64,000 bases of DNA from assembly GCA_002269645.1 (NCBI GenBank), contig NIVC01000469.1:356724-420723 (forward strand). Reading direction: 5' to 3'. Of the stretch, positions 38,868 through 52,437 are shown piece after piece. The notes under the pieces are model-generated. The model saw only the letters and a program-made list of their open reading frames with translations, was not told the origin of the DNA and searched no databases. The position numbers and the translations under genes are program-made. The stretch comes from Macrostomum lignano (lineage: Eukaryota). How positions within the stretch are numbered: the stretch's first letter is position 1; every line of letters begins with the position of its first letter.

Positions 38868-41354
38868 TTAAAATAATTTTTAAACTGATAGCATATTCTA
38901 AAGATAATTTTTTGCCTAAATATGAGGGTTGTCCTAGAAATAGTAGGAAAAACTAGTACAGAGGCTAACTGTGATTTTAGAATTTGATACAACTTGTGTC
39001 ATAAGTAGAAAAAATCCAATAGTTGTTTTGCTTTTTAAATAAGGTAAAAATTTCAATTCATTCAAGTTAAGTCTATAAATAGAACAAGGATCGTGTATAG
39101 TAGTATATGCCAGAACAAGAATCCTAGCTCATCTAAATATACGCCAGTGTATGCCTTATAATATGCATTAACAAATTCTAAAAAAAGGGAAATAGGCCTT
39201 TTTTAGCCTTGCTCGTTTTCTTAGAAAGTATTGTATTTGAAACTAGGCTATTTTTGTTTTACTGAGTATAATATCAGCAATATTTTAAATATTATAAATA
39301 TTATAAACTTTTATTTGTTTTTAAACCGAACTGAGAAAGGGATATAAATACACAAGCAGAACCAGAAAGAAACTAACTTGCTCCACCGCTTGCTTTAAGC
39401 TTGAAATTGTTCTAGTATCTCAAAATTGAAGCCTTGTTTAATACTTACTGACTTAGTTATTTAGGTAAAAGCATTAAGAAGCCCCAAAATTAGAATAGTT
39501 CAGTCCGTTCTCAGAAGAACAAGAAATATAGATCTAGAATCTAAGAAATCGCCTTTAGTCATTTAGAAGGCAAGAATCGTACCACAGGGTCAAGAAGTCT
39601 AGACTCAGAGTCTGAGAAACCTGCTTTAGGGCAGAATACCCAGCAAGTAAGCTGTGACCCTCTGATCCCGGGAATGCCTAGGACTGAGAGAATAATATCT
39701 TTAGAAGGGTATAGGAATAGGATAGACAGTGCCTGAAAGACTGCTCAGGCCAGAAAATACAATAGAAGTATAGATGCTACCAATAGAATTATATATGCTA
39801 CCAATAAAAGTACATATGCTACTAGTAAAAGGCAAGTAATAACCAGTAAGGTTGTGAGAAAGAAATAACCCCTGTAACAACTTTGGTGTCTCAACAGTGG
39901 GATTTCTAAAGAGCCAAAAGACCTGTTACAACTTTGGTCTCAGCGGTGGGATTTCATATCATACAGGAACACGGCTGGTACAAAAGGTCATTTGGTTTTT
40001 AGAAGTAGAATTTTCTAGGAAAGTCTTTCATACCATTCATATTGCGGAAGGTTTTTTGTGTATGCCAGACACATTTTTTTTGAATTTTCAATTGTATGCC
40101 AACAAATTTTAAATTTATGCCAACTTTCTTAATGTGCGCCAACAAAAACAAAAACAGAAATTAAACATAACCAGAAGTCAGAATCAGAACAGTATATTAT
40201 AATTATAAACAGTTTAATGGTAAGAAAATCGATAACTATTTAAATTTAAATTTAAATTACAAAAAATTAATAACGACATGACAATTGTCATGACGATTCC
40301 AGTAATTAAAATGATTAGTAAATGAGCAGAAAGCAGAAAGGTTTTTAAAATAACTTAACATAGAAAAATGCACAAAAAAGTTCTTTATATTAATTTGTAT
40401 GCTTAGTCATGTACGCCACATGGTATGCCATACTGTACACATCCAAGAAATATATGCCACAGAACTCAAGTGTACGCCGGAAAATTCTGGCGTACACCCC
40501 TCCTTCCGCAATATGGCTTTCATACAAAAAGTCTTAAAATGAAAATAAATAAAATGAATATTTTCATTTTAAACAAACCTAAACTATACCTACAGAAATA
40601 ATGATGCAAAATTGATACTCTTAGCAATAATTTATACTAATTTTATTTATTGTTAATTTTAAAGAAGCAAAAAGTTTATCACTGACTTTTTAGACTATAC
40701 AAATTTTCCTTTACTTTATGTAAAAACATTAATTTTATTAATTTTATGCATTGTATATGCTGGTTGTATATGCCAACTAGACTTAGGGTTGCTGTTTTGT
40801 ATGCCAGAAAGTTCCAGCATATATGCATGCCATCTACAACCTAGAGTTATACCAAGTTGAGGGGTCTGCAAAGTCGGTCACGCAACATTGCCATTCCCTT
40901 GACTGATGACTTTTCAACAAAGTCACCCCTCAGCCTGCAGCCTGCAGCTGTTCTGCTTCTGCTTCAGATTACCTTCTGCTTTTTTTCAAGGGCTTATGTG
41001 CTCTTTTTTGTTTCTCTTTAGCTTCTTTGTTTGCTTTTGTTTTTGAATCAATGGTTCTGATTAAACATTGAAAGTTTAGTCTATGGCCAGCATAGTAGTC
41101 TTGAATTGGTATAACTTTACCCCCTACCCCTTGTTATATTTATAGGCATAACTTTTGAATTAATTGATATTTTTACCCCATTTAAAAAGCAAACAGCCAT
41201 TGGATTCTTTTTTTACTTATGACACAAATTGCATCAAATTCAAATATCACAGTCAGCCTCTATATTAGTTTTTCCCACTATTTCTGGGATAACCCTTATA
41301 TTTTGGCAAAAAATTATCTTTAGAATATGCTATCAGTTTAAAAATTATTTTAAT
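38868..41354. mobile_element. AT-rich non-coding foldback-type element with ~225-bp inverted arms
   Basis: 38868-39090 is the diverged reverse complement of 41129-41354. Interior rich in RTATGCCA motifs. True ends and TSD not found. Confidence 0.55.
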
Positions 41355-42463
41355 AGAAGTGTTTTTTATATGCATTTCTGTTTTATTTTATTTTTGTTCT
41401 TTGTCCTTGCATTTGCTTTCAGTTTTTTATTTGGATTTCTAAATATACTTAACTGCATTTTCTTCCATTTGCAACTTTACAGCTTGGATTTAGTACTTTG
41501 TGATAAATTTATTGGAATTCTGACCATTTTATCTAAAGCTAGCCATTTTAATGAACAATTTATTGAGATTGATCAAGATTAATCCAGCTTTGGCAAAGAG
41601 GGAAAGGTTTTTTGTTATAGAAAATAGTCAAAATAAAAGTACAAACTTTAAAAAGACATGCTTTTTATGCTATAGCAATTTGATTATTTGATTAGTGAAA
41701 TATTGTTTAATTAAATGCCATTTTGTTATGGCTGAATTTCAAAGTACAATTTGAAAATTGGATCTGACCACACCATTATCCCTAATCTATTGATTGCACT
41801 TTGCATGTACACTATAGTTTGGAACACTGTATATACACATCATGCATAAAAATATTTATACCAACAAAATCACTTTGTATGCCAACATGTATGCCAAATT
41901 TCCTGAGTGTACCCTAGAAATTTCCAAAGTACATGCCTTCTTCCTGACTATGGCATGTACATGCAGTAATAGCTACTAGCTAAGTCGTGAGTTTTTTTAA
42001 TTTACAAACTGCAGATATGTGCAAGGCAGTCAATGAATAATTTTTTAAGAAGCTACAATCACCAAATGGGTATATTTGCAATTATATGTTATAAGTAGCC
42101 TATTTTTTTGCCTAACCGGTCACTTTTAACATCTATGTAAACAAAAAATTCACTTTTTCCAAATCATCTTTTGCCAAAAATTCCTTTGCCAAAATTGGCC
42201 ACACCCTTGGTCATTCTGGTCATAACATGATTTGTGATCTGAGGGCATGATAAATGCAAAATGTAAATGTAAAAGGTATAAATGTAAAAACCTGAAGCAC
42301 TGATTCATCAAACCGAGAAATTCCTCTCAATGTGGAATTTCGCCTTAATGACCAACGATTTATTGCTGTATTGTTAACAACAACGCTGTAAAAATCTTGA
42401 ACTACCCCTGGCAGACTTTGGATCCCCTGATCTGCTCGGACCAGTCGGTCATCTCACCAGACG

Positions 42464-45049
42464 ATGCTGCAGTCGCAGACGCCAGCAGTGATGGCGGCAG
42501 CGGGCCGGCCCTGAGCACCGGCCGCCGGGTTCTCTATGGCCTGGCTGCTCCGCCATCTGCCATGTGCGGCAACATCTTAGGCTTCCTAATGTCCGTCTAC
42601 CTGCTGGAGGTGGCCAAGCTGACCCCTGGTCTGGTGCTCACCATAACATTCACCGGCCGTTTCTGGGACGCCGTCTCCGATCCCATTGTCGGCTATCTGG
42701 TGTCCCGGACTCGAACTCGATTCGGGAAATGCCGGCCCTGGGTGTTGGGCTCGGCGCCGTTCTGCGGCCTGGCCTTTTTCCTGTTCTTTAACACTCCCTC
42801 CTGGCAGTCGCTGTATGCGAGATTCGCCTACTATTTTATCGTGTACCTGGGATTCTGCACCTTCTTGACAGTGAGTGGTTAACTTTTGACCAGCTCTAGA
42901 ACCTTCGGTTGCTGGGCCAGCCTCTCAGATCCTCCGTTGCTGGCCAGCCTCCCAGATCCTCAGTTGCTGGGCCAGCCTCCCAGATCCTCAGTTGCTGGGC
43001 CAGCCTCCTAGATCCTCAGTTGCTGGGCCACACTCCCAGATCCTCAGTTGCTGGGCCAGCCTCCCAGATCCTCAGTTGCTGAACCAGCCTCCCAGATCCT
43101 CAGTTGCTGGGTCAGGCTGCCAGATCCTCAGTTGCTGAACCAGCCTCCCAGATCCTCAGTTGCTGGGCCAGCCTTCCAGATCCTCAGTTGCTAAACCAGC
43201 CTCCCAGATCCTCAGTTGCTGGGTCAGCCTCTCAGATCCTCAGTTGCTGGGCCAGCCTCCCAGATCCTCAGTTGCTGGGCCAGCCTCCCAGATCCTCAGT
43301 TGCTGGGCCAGCCTCCCAGATCTTCAGTTGCTGTGCCAGCCTCCCAGATTCTCATTACTGGGCCAGCCTCCCAGATCCTCATTACTGGGCCAGCCTCCCA
43401 GATCCTCAGTTGCTGAGCCAGCCTCCCAGATAATCACTCATCAGTTGCTGTGCCAGCCTCCCAGATCCTCAGTTGCTGAACCAGCCTCCCAGATCCTCAG
43501 TTGCTAAACCAGCCTCCCAGATCCTCAGTTGCTAAACCAGCCTCCCAGATCCTCAGTTGCTAAACCAGCCTCCCAGATCCTCAGTTGCTGGACCAGCCTC
43601 CCAGATCCTCAGTTGCTAACCCAGCCTCCCAGATTCTCAGTTGCTGGACCAGCCTCCCAGATCCTCAGTTGCTAAACCAGCCTCCCAGATCCTCAGTTGC
43701 TGGACCAGCCTCCCAGATCCTCAGTTGCTAACCCAGCCTCCCAGATTCTCAGTTGCTGGGCCAGCCTCCCAGATCCCCAGTTGCTGAACCAACCTCCCAG
43801 ATCCTCAGTTGCTGAACCAGCCTACCAGATCCTCAGTTGCTGAACCAGCCTCCCAGATCCTCAGTTGCTAACCCAGCCTCCCAGATTCTGAGGCTTATAA
43901 CTAAGCTTGTGCCTCTAAGCTACGGAACTCATCCCATTCTATCACGGTATTCGCTTGCAGATGTACCACATCCCCTACACGTCGATGACCATGCTGATAT
44001 CGAACAGGCCAGCTGACAGGGACGCTGCTACAACTCTGCGTAAGTTGGGGTGCCAATTAAATTTTTTAATTTCATATAAAAAGTTTCAAGGCGCAGTCTC
44101 TGCTTTGAATTGTTTCAATTCTCACACAAAAACACAGATTAGTCACTCATGTCGTGCATTTAGCTAGCCTCCTTTTTTGTTGTTTTGCCTAGTTAGTAAC
44201 TAACTAAATATATGCATTGTATGCAAGAGTTTTATTAATAAAAATCTCTTATCTACGCAGTTTTATAAAAGAAACTGCGTAGCATATTCTATTATTTCAT
44301 TCATACTCATAAAATTTTTAGTTTGTACTTTCATTTCTCTCATTCTCAGGCTTCCAAGTTTCCTCACTCAATTTTGCTTAACAACCGCCACTCTTTGCTC
44401 CCTGCGTACGGTCTCCTCCCCGTCCTTAGCCTCCTGTACTGGCATCCTCCCTCTCTCTCCACTCCCCCCTGTCTCTGTCTTCGCAAGTGCAAACCAGTCT
44501 CCCCATCATCTGGGTTCGCGCGTACCTTACCCTGACGGTTTGCCCTGTCTGCCTACTGTAGTGCCAGTGCGGCCACGCCACACCCTCCCACTGCCTCATC
44601 TGGTCCCATACTTATTTGCCTCCCGTCTCTCTAATCCCGCTGGGGTTCTCCCACGCAGCTTGTCTTCTGCAGGCTGTAGCGATTAAACCCATCTTATTCT
44701 CTATTCTGGGAGGTGAAAACGGTCACACCCGATTTAAGCGCCATTTAAAAAAATTACTATTGAGCCTGCTCACTGTGCTGTGCAACTATGCTTGGCGCTT
44801 GCTCTTCTCAGTCTATCTGTTTGTGTGTCTGTCTGTCTGTCTGTCTTAGTGTCTGTCTGTCTGTCTGTCTTATTGTCTGTCTGTCTGTTTGTCTGTCTTA
44901 GTGTCTGTTTGTCTGTCTGTCTTAGTGTCTGTCTGTCTGTCTGTCTGTCTTAGTGTCTGTCTGTCTGTCTGTCTTAGTGTCTGTCTGTCTGTCTGTCTGT
45001 CTTAGTGTCTGTCTGTCTGTGTGTCTTGGTGTCTTTCTGTCTGTCTTAG

Positions 45050-45126
<77 letters not shown>

Positions 45127-45341
45127 TAGTGTCTGTCTGTCTGTCTGTCTTAGTGTCTGTCGGTCTGTCTGTCTGTCTTAGTGTCTGTCTGTCTGTGTGT
45201 CTTAGTGTCTTTCTGTCTGTCTTAGTGTCTGTCTGTCTGTCTGTTTGTCTTAGTGTCTGTCTGTCTGTCTGTCTGTCTTAGTGTCTGTCTGTCTGTCTGT
45301 CTGTCTGTCCTAGTGTCTGTCTGTCTGTCTGTCTGTCTTAG

Positions 45342-45385
<44 letters not shown>

Positions 45386-45389
45386 CTAG

Positions 45390-45458
<69 letters not shown>

Positions 45459-45489
45459 TAGTGTCTGTCTGTCTGTCTGTTTGTCTTAG

Positions 45490-45561
<72 letters not shown>

Positions 45562-45565
45562 CTAG

Positions 45566-45629
<64 letters not shown>

Positions 45630-47757
45630 CTAGTGTCTGTCTGTATCTGCCACTGTATTTCTTCCTCTCTTCGCCTCTTCTCCAACAGTATTGAGTTGGC
45701 CGCTCGCTGCTTGCTTGTTCGATTTGCTGTATTGATCGGGCCTGGCAAAGTTGTTGGTTTAACTTTCTCAGCTCTATAAATAGAAATGGAAAGTGTAAGC
45801 CGCACATCTTCAGCTGTTGATTACAGCTGGATTTTCTCTCACGTGACTCGCCTTGGCACTTAGGGAAACTTGTTTTTCCCTAGCCAATAGCTCGCAGCTG
45901 CTTAGCAATCAGAGGGTCAGAAACATGTTATGTTCACTAGCTCCGTGCACACTTTACTTGGCGTGTCATTCTATACGTTTTCTAAACTACTGTATATGGA
46001 CTGAAGGAAGATAACCGCCGCCTTTTCCTACTAAAAGTAACAATATAAAGTTTATGGTTTTTTAATTGCAATGAAAGCTTAATACAAGCTCAATATCTTT
46101 GTAATAATTGTATGTTTTGCCTTGTTCTATTCCCAAGGCTACTCAGAGACTATCCCCAAGGATGCTTAGAGACTATTCCCAAGGCTACTCAGAGACTATT
46201 CCCAAGGCTACTCAGAGACTATTCCCAAGGATGCTTAGAGACTATTCCCAAGGCTACTCAGAGACTATTCCCAAGGCTACTCAGAGACTATTCCCAAGGC
46301 TACTCAGAGACTATTCCCTAGGCTACTCAGAGACTATTCCCAAGGCTACTCAGAGACTATTCCCAAGGCTACTCAGAGACTATTCCCTAGGCTACTCAGA
46401 GACTATTCCCAAGGCTACTCAGAGACTATTCCCAAGGCTACTCAGAGACTATTCCCTAGGCTACTCAGAGACTATTCCCAAGGCTACTCAGAGACTATTC
46501 CCAAGGCTATTTAGAGACTATTCCCAAGGCTACTCAGAGACTATTCCCAAGGCTACTCAGAGACTATTCCCTCAAGTTACCTAGCCTATATGGTTCAATG
46601 ACTAACCAAACTGTTCCTTCTGCCTCTCACAATCAGGCATGATATTCGAGATGCTGGGCACCCTGTGCGGAGTGATGACCTTCACCTTCATCACCCAGCA
46701 CGGGCAGGACGGCTGCCAATTAGCGTCCATCGGCAACCTTAGCCTGGCAGCCGGAGACCCCGAGCCGCCGCCTGTCCCAGCCGACGGCTCACCAGAGGTG
46801 GCACGCTACCGGCTTGGCGGTACAATCATCGCCACAGTTGTGTGCGCCTGCGGCTTAGTCGGCTTCTTCGGCACCAGGGAGGTCTCGGCCGCCGCCGTAG
46901 AATCTCCGTCCGTGACGTTGACATCGCCGCCTATTGAGCGTCACCGTCAGCAGACTGTTGCCGCCTGCTGCTACGGCATGCTGTCGGCATTCAAGCGCTG
47001 CCTGCGTCACCGATCCTACCGTCAGCTGATGCTGACCTTCATGCTGAGCTCGCTGGCCATACAGACTGTGCAGAACAGCCTGGCACTGTACACTATCTAC
47101 AGTTTGCAGATGAAGCCGCATCTGAAGTTCGCCATCGCCATAGTCATGTCCATGGCTATTCTGGCCACCCCGCTGGTGTTCCTAGCTATCAAGCGTGTGG
47201 GCAAGAAGCGCGTATTCTATGTTGGCCTGTTTCTCATCCTGCCTGTGTGCTTGTCCGCCACGTTCTGCCCGGCCGAGGACCGGTTTGTACCGCTCTATTA
47301 CGTTACCATGCTTGTAGCCGGCTGCTTTGTCAGCGTGAATATGCTGCTGCCGTGGGTTATGCTGCCAGACGTTATCGACGATTACACAGCCGCCACTGGC
47401 CGGTCTAGCGATCAGGACTCCGCCACGTTCTACAGTCTGTACGTGTTCTTCAATAAATTCGCTGTGGGCATCAGCACCGCCTGTCTGCAGCTGGCCCTGC
47501 ACCTCACCGGCTATCGGCAGTCTGAGGCCTGCTCGCAGTCTGCCGCCGTTGCCATGGCATTGCGCTGCATTATTGGGCCGCTACCGATGCTGCTAGTAGC
47601 AGCCGCGTTTCTGGCTCTGTTCCGGTATCCCATCACGCCTGAGTACAGAGCTCAACTGGACAGGCGGTTGGCCGAGGCTCGCTTGAACGGGGCCGCCTGC
47701 GGCACTGAGATGAGTCAGCAGACTAGCAAGCTGGATGGCGATGCCAAGGATGCTTGA
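42464..47757 (+). CDS. MFSD2: MFS_2/GPH-family transporter, MFSD2-like (lysophospholipid/Na+ symporter family); 3 exons
   Basis: Exons ~42464-42870, 43961-44039 and 46637-47757 join with phases 0 and 1. Motifs [30 protein letters not shown]...[42 protein letters not shown]. The ATG at 42464 is in frame only if one C is missing at ~42511. Confidence 0.9.
42906..43889 (+). repeat. 28-bp minisatellite CAGTTGCTGGGCCAGCCTCCCAGATCCT (array 1) filling MFSD2 intron 1
   Basis: Directly visible, ~35 units. Confidence 0.97.
44812..45645. repeat. (TCTG)n with TTAGTG/CTAGTG interruptions
   Basis: Directly visible in MFSD2 intron 2. Confidence 0.95.
46127..46575. repeat. 23-bp minisatellite CTATTCCCAAGGCTACTCAGAGA
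   Basis: Directly visible, ending ~60 nt before the exon 3 acceptor. Confidence 0.95.
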
Positions 47758-48565
47758 CTGCTTCTGTATCTCTCCTGTCACCTATTCCTTCTTGAGCTCT
47801 TCGATGAAAACGGTTCCTAGGGCCAAGGAGCGTCCCAGATTCGTTTCAGGTTACACAGGTAAAAATAGGAAGGAAGTGTCTGTGAGTCGCCTAAGAGTCT
47901 ATTTGAGGCGTTTTATTGTCTGCGACTCTGAAGCCGTAGAGTCGTGTCTGGGGCGTGCAAGAGTCGCGCGGTAGAACTCTATTTAGCCTGCTTGACTCTC
48001 GGGCCAAGCGCCAACTTGTAGCTCTCTGTCTCTATCTATCTGTCATGTCCATACATTGCCTAAAAATCAACAAGTTTGGAATCACGTCTTTCATTTGATA
48101 AATAAAACTTTTGTTTGTATTGGGATCGTGAACCCTGCGGTTTAGGCTACTGGTTTATTATCCGATGCTCTATTTATAAAGAATCCCATAAAATCCCAAA
48201 CTACTTCACTATAATTCACAAAACTGACATTTCCGCGACTGGAAACTACTGTTAGTAGTGTAAAAAACAACTTCCATCCCGTTCCTAAATTATGCCCTAC
48301 TACAATATGTTAATTTAGAAAGAAGTGCTGTTAAACGATTTACGTTAATCGTAGTTGCGTGGCATGATGCTTTAAAAAGGCTTGTAGATAGTTCGGCCAA
48401 GAGTTGAGATTTTGATAGACAAAAAATCAATTAATTTACTTCGATAATTCACTAAGCGAATACATTTACAATCCGACTGGCGCTTTGAAGAATTTTTTCA
48501 TGAATTTAAACCATATGCAGAACAAGCACTTGAAGTAAAATTAATAGATTTTTGCTTCATCAATA

Positions 48566-48823
48566 CGACAGCTCAGCCGCAGCTATTGCGCGACGCATCT
48601 GAAGGCTGCGTACGGCTGTTCAGTCCAAGGAATGGGGGGTCGCCACACACACCCTCAATTACCCCACAGTTAATGCTGGCACCCATTTTACAGCTGGGTG
48701 AGCTGAAGGAATGCATGCTTTAGTGTCTTGCTCAAGGACACAAATTGGTCCGAGTGGGTCGGGAATCGAACCCCCGACCTTTCAGTCGTGAGCCTGACGC
48801 TCTAACCACTATACTACAAGCCC
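48566..48823 (-). mobile_element. tRNA-SINE family 1 copy with an intact head
   Basis: Head GGGCTTGTAGTATAGTGGTTAGAGCGTCAGGCTCACGACTGAAAGGTCGGGGGTTCGATTCCC (tRNA-Val-like), Meta/CORE-like domain; tail clipped. Confidence 0.85.
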
Positions 48824-49779
48824 TTGTACTTATACAATAAATTAACATATAAACAAAAGTTTGTAAGTCAAATCAAAAATGAAATTTTCCAAAACTTTCG
48901 AATTTTATGCTTGCATCACTAAGTTTTTGAACGCCCCTCATGTCTGGTAAAATAAAATTCTCAAATTTGTTCTGCTATTTCGCTCAGCAGGTGCCAATAG
49001 TCTACACAGAGGCTTGTACACTGTACTACTAGCAGTAGGCATTGAGTGGCGGTAGCTAGCATGCTATCGCTATGCATTTATGACAAACATGCTTAGTTAC
49101 TAGAGATGTTTAGCTGTCTACTTAAGTTTTATATGATCAAATGCAATGCAATTTACTGCTTAATTGGCTGCTCATAAGGATAGTTTCTTCAATCATTCGA
49201 AATGTTTGTCCACGTGTTGCGAGATTTTAGGCAGGATAGGTTTTTTGTCATTTTTAAAAATTAATTGTCAAATTTTCTGCAACTAGTTATATAAAATCCT
49301 GTTGTCTTTTTTCTTCTACAGTTCACTGAAGCTCCACTAAAGCAACGACCCTTAAACATTTTTCTAGCTATTCCCAATTTAACAATTTCAGCTCAAAACG
49401 GCAACTGCCCCCCTTTTTGTAGATTGGCATTTTTCCTTGTTTTCTTGTTTTAATCTTTTAGTTACTTATAAACACGAAATTCCTTTGTAAACCGAAACAC
49501 CTGCCCAGTCTTTGTCTGTCTGGCAGGTTGCTACATATTATGCTAACTGATTAGATGTTCACTTTCTTCTCTTAACTGTACACTAGCCAAGCTCGAATGC
49601 AATGTTATGAAATATATTTACAAAGCACAGCTAAAAATCTAATTGTTTTCTTTTTTGTTTCACATTGAAGCCGAATCTTCAGCCGTTTGTTTCGGTCCTG
49701 TGTTCGTAGCTTGGCAATCCTTTGTTTTTAGGGGTATATTGCAGCTCATTGAAATTTCATCTTCAATGTTCTGCATTTG

Positions 49780-50219
49780 AGATCTGGTGGCCCAGCAACT
49801 GAGAATCTGGGAGGCTGGCCCAGCAACTGAGGATCTGGGAGTGTGGCCCAGCAACTGAGGATCTGGGAGGCTGGTCCAGCAACTGAGGATCTGGGAGTGT
49901 GGCCTAGCAACTGAGGATCTAGGAGTGTGGCCTACAACTGAGGATCTAGGAGTGTGACCTACAACTGAGGATCTGGGAGGCTGGCCCAGCAACTGAGGAT
50001 CTGGGAGGCTGGCCCAGCAACTGAGGATCTGGGAGGCTGGCCCAGCAACTGAGGATCTGGGAGGCTGGCCCAGCAACTGAGGATCTGGGAGGCTGGCCCA
50101 GCAACTGAGGATCTGGGAGGCTGGCCCAGCAACTGAGGATCTGGGAGGCTGGCCCAACAACTGGGGATCTGGGAGGCTGGCCCAGCATCTGAGGATCTGG
50201 GAGTGTGGCCCAGCAACTG
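49780..50219 (-). repeat. 28-bp minisatellite family, array 2 (opposite orientation)
   Basis: Reverse complement of the 42906 unit. Confidence 0.95.
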
Positions 50220-50490
50220 CCCGTCGGTAAATAATTGTAGGCTGAATGGCACTTAACATTTTTTGCAAGTTATTTCTGGCTTATCCGATCCAGACGATAG
50301 ATATCTCTTAGCAGAGCATGTCACTTCTGTTCTCCTTCTGTCAGACTAGTATATCTTTGCGTACATGAAGCCATCTCACATCCGAGAGTCTCGATTCGCC
50401 ACCATGCATAGCTTACCATAGCCGTCAGGAACAGATATACTAATGGGTGGCGCGCATAGGTAACTACGAGCTATAAACCTCGACATAGAC

Positions 50491-51582
50491 CACAGATTCT
50501 ATAAACACTAAGATGGCTCACTCTCCATTCCTTCAGTGGAGGCCAAATTCTCACTGTCTATGGTTGGAATCCCTCGCTCGCGAGACTTCGCCCCCCCCCC
50601 CGCGCCAGCAGCTTAATTTTTATAACTAGCGTAGAGCCAGCAAAAAAACTTTTCTCTCACTGATTCTAGCACACCCAGTTCTTTCTCCTGCAACAACTAG
50701 ATAGAATTATATATTTGACACTGAACACCGAAGGCGAAGACCAACAAGCTTCTGGTAATGAACTCAAAAATCTGCTGTGCTGCAGGCTGCAAAAATAAGC
50801 CAGTTACCTCTCCGCCTCAAAACACCCCCATCAAGCTGCACCGATTTCCTCAAGATACGGCAACCGCTATCGATACGCGATGGATGCAGATTCTGGAGCT
50901 GCCGTTCCCGCTCGAGGAAGTTCGATGCAGAGACTTAAAAGTGTGCAGCGATCATTTTGTGGAAGAGGCGTACTCTTGCCCAGCTGCCATGCGACATGAA
51001 CCAGGCTCTCGGCTGAAGTGGAACGCTCTTCCCCATCTGCAGCTAGTGATGCCTCGATTGCTGCCAGAGAATCTGGAGTCTGTCATCTTGCGGAGTTCCT
51101 TTGCTTCCAGTTTTACCCAGCCACCTCCACAAATGATGGCACCAGGTTGTGAAAATCTGAAGGCAGTAGGATTTTCCAATCAGAATTTATGCGACAATTA
51201 TCGTCACTTTAAGAGACTTCTTTACGATATGCCTTTGTTTAAGTGCCGATAATTGTGGTATAACGTGTGAGTGTGACAAGCAGGTCCTATTGACGTCAGC
51301 TTTTTACAGTATGCTGCTTCTATCTAAACGAAGGACAGTGTGAAATTTGAGACATCTTCGATTTTTCTATCAAACGTTATGGCAAAAAGTTCGGCAATTA
51401 TGAGTTAAATGCCTCGCTTTCACTTCCCATAGCTAGAAGAATAGAACAAAGTAGAAGAGTATAGAACACATTAAAAGCCTGCGTTTAACACTAGGGCTAA
51501 AATAGCGATTCCAACCATAGACGATCTGTTTGGGGGCAAGATTTTTCGCTGAGTGAGCCATCTAGTGTTTATAGAATCTGTG
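50491..51582 (+). mobile_element. Non-autonomous P-superfamily element carrying a THAP-domain ORF
   Basis: TIRs CACAGATTCTATAAACACTAAGATGGCTCACTC / GAGTGAGCCATCTAGTGTTTATAGAATCTGTG; perfect 8-bp TSD ACATAGAC (50483-50490, 51583-51590); subterminal IR GTCTATGGTTGGAATC. Confidence 0.9.
50758..51252 (+). CDS. THAP zinc-finger protein (truncated P-transposase N-terminus), 164 aa
   Basis: CCAAGC...LHRFP...W...VCSDHF...RLKWNALP is the C2CH THAP consensus. Confidence 0.85.
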   Translation: MNSKICCAAGCKNKPVTSPPQNTPIKLHRFPQDTATAIDTRWMQILELPFPLEEVRCRDLKVCSDHFVEEAYSCPAAMRHEPGSRLKWNALPHLQLVMPRLLPENLESVILRSSFASSFTQPPPQMMAPGCENLKAVGFSNQNLCDNYRHFKRLLYDMPLFKCR

Positions 51583-52437
51583 ACATAGACTAAACTTTAA
51601 ATTTGTAGTTACTTAAGCGCCACCGGGTATGTGGCTATAGATTAAAACATGGGCAAGCCGGTAGAAATTAGTGAGGTTGAGGCAGGGTTAGCACTGCATG
51701 CTGAGGCGTGAGGCCGGAGCAAGCGACAGAAGCCTCTGCAGAAATTTCACTGCGGGTCCTGTAGAGAGCGGCTTTTCCTGCATGAGAAGTGGAGGCTCCA
51801 ACGATTGTTCCTGATGACTACATACAGGCAGCTGCAGCATTTAGATCAATAAGTTGTCAACCAGCTTCTTGGCAGTAGCTTCAGCCGTAAGAACTGCGCG
51901 GCTGACAATGGTAATAATCTGCTTCAGTCTGCTCCTGAGTTGCTGCTGCAGTCGCTCACACTGATGAGGCAGGCACAAGAGGAGATACGCAGTGAGGATA
52001 GGTAGGGGAATGAGAATCTGGCTGGTTGTTCGTGTTGTGAAGTAAATAGAGACTTTATTCAAGTAGCTGTGTGAGAGTCTAGTGTAGTTCCCCCTCAGGA
52101 ATATCAGTAACATTTTGCACGGCCAGTTCTTACTCGTGAGTTCGCGCCGGGTTGAAGTCGCACTTTTACACTTTTTCTTCGACTGCGATTGCATCATTGA
52201 TGCAAAAGTCAATGGAGAATTGCTCAAAGCGACAGAATGTTAGTTTTGTTTTTTGTTTTGACCTGCATGTAATTCTTTGTTTTCTTCCGCTGCATTGACT
52301 GTTACAAGAGCTCCATGAAATGCTTTGGCCTTTTTTTTATTAATATGCTGCCCGTCTAATAATGAAAAGAATGCTCATAAATTTAACTCGTTCTACTGAG
52401 AAATTTCACAACAGCTAATAATTAAATAATAATACTT

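Noticed and set aside
42397-42463. MFSD2 start at TTG 42397 as given by the ORF track
   Set aside because: It is a non-ATG start in a eukaryote. An ATG at 42464 with a single homopolymer deletion explains the N-terminus better.
42906-43889. CRISPR-like appearance of the 28-30-bp repeats (also 3978-4321, 55315-56342)
   Set aside because: Units are head-to-tail without unique spacers, there are no cas genes, and the context is eukaryotic.
48755-48823. tRNA gene
   Set aside because: The tRNA-like sequence continues into a SINE body shared by four copies, and the acceptor and anticodon stems are not intact.
51841-52227. 128-aa minus-strand ORF as a transposase C-terminal fragment
   Set aside because: There is only a vague helical pattern and no diagnostic motif.
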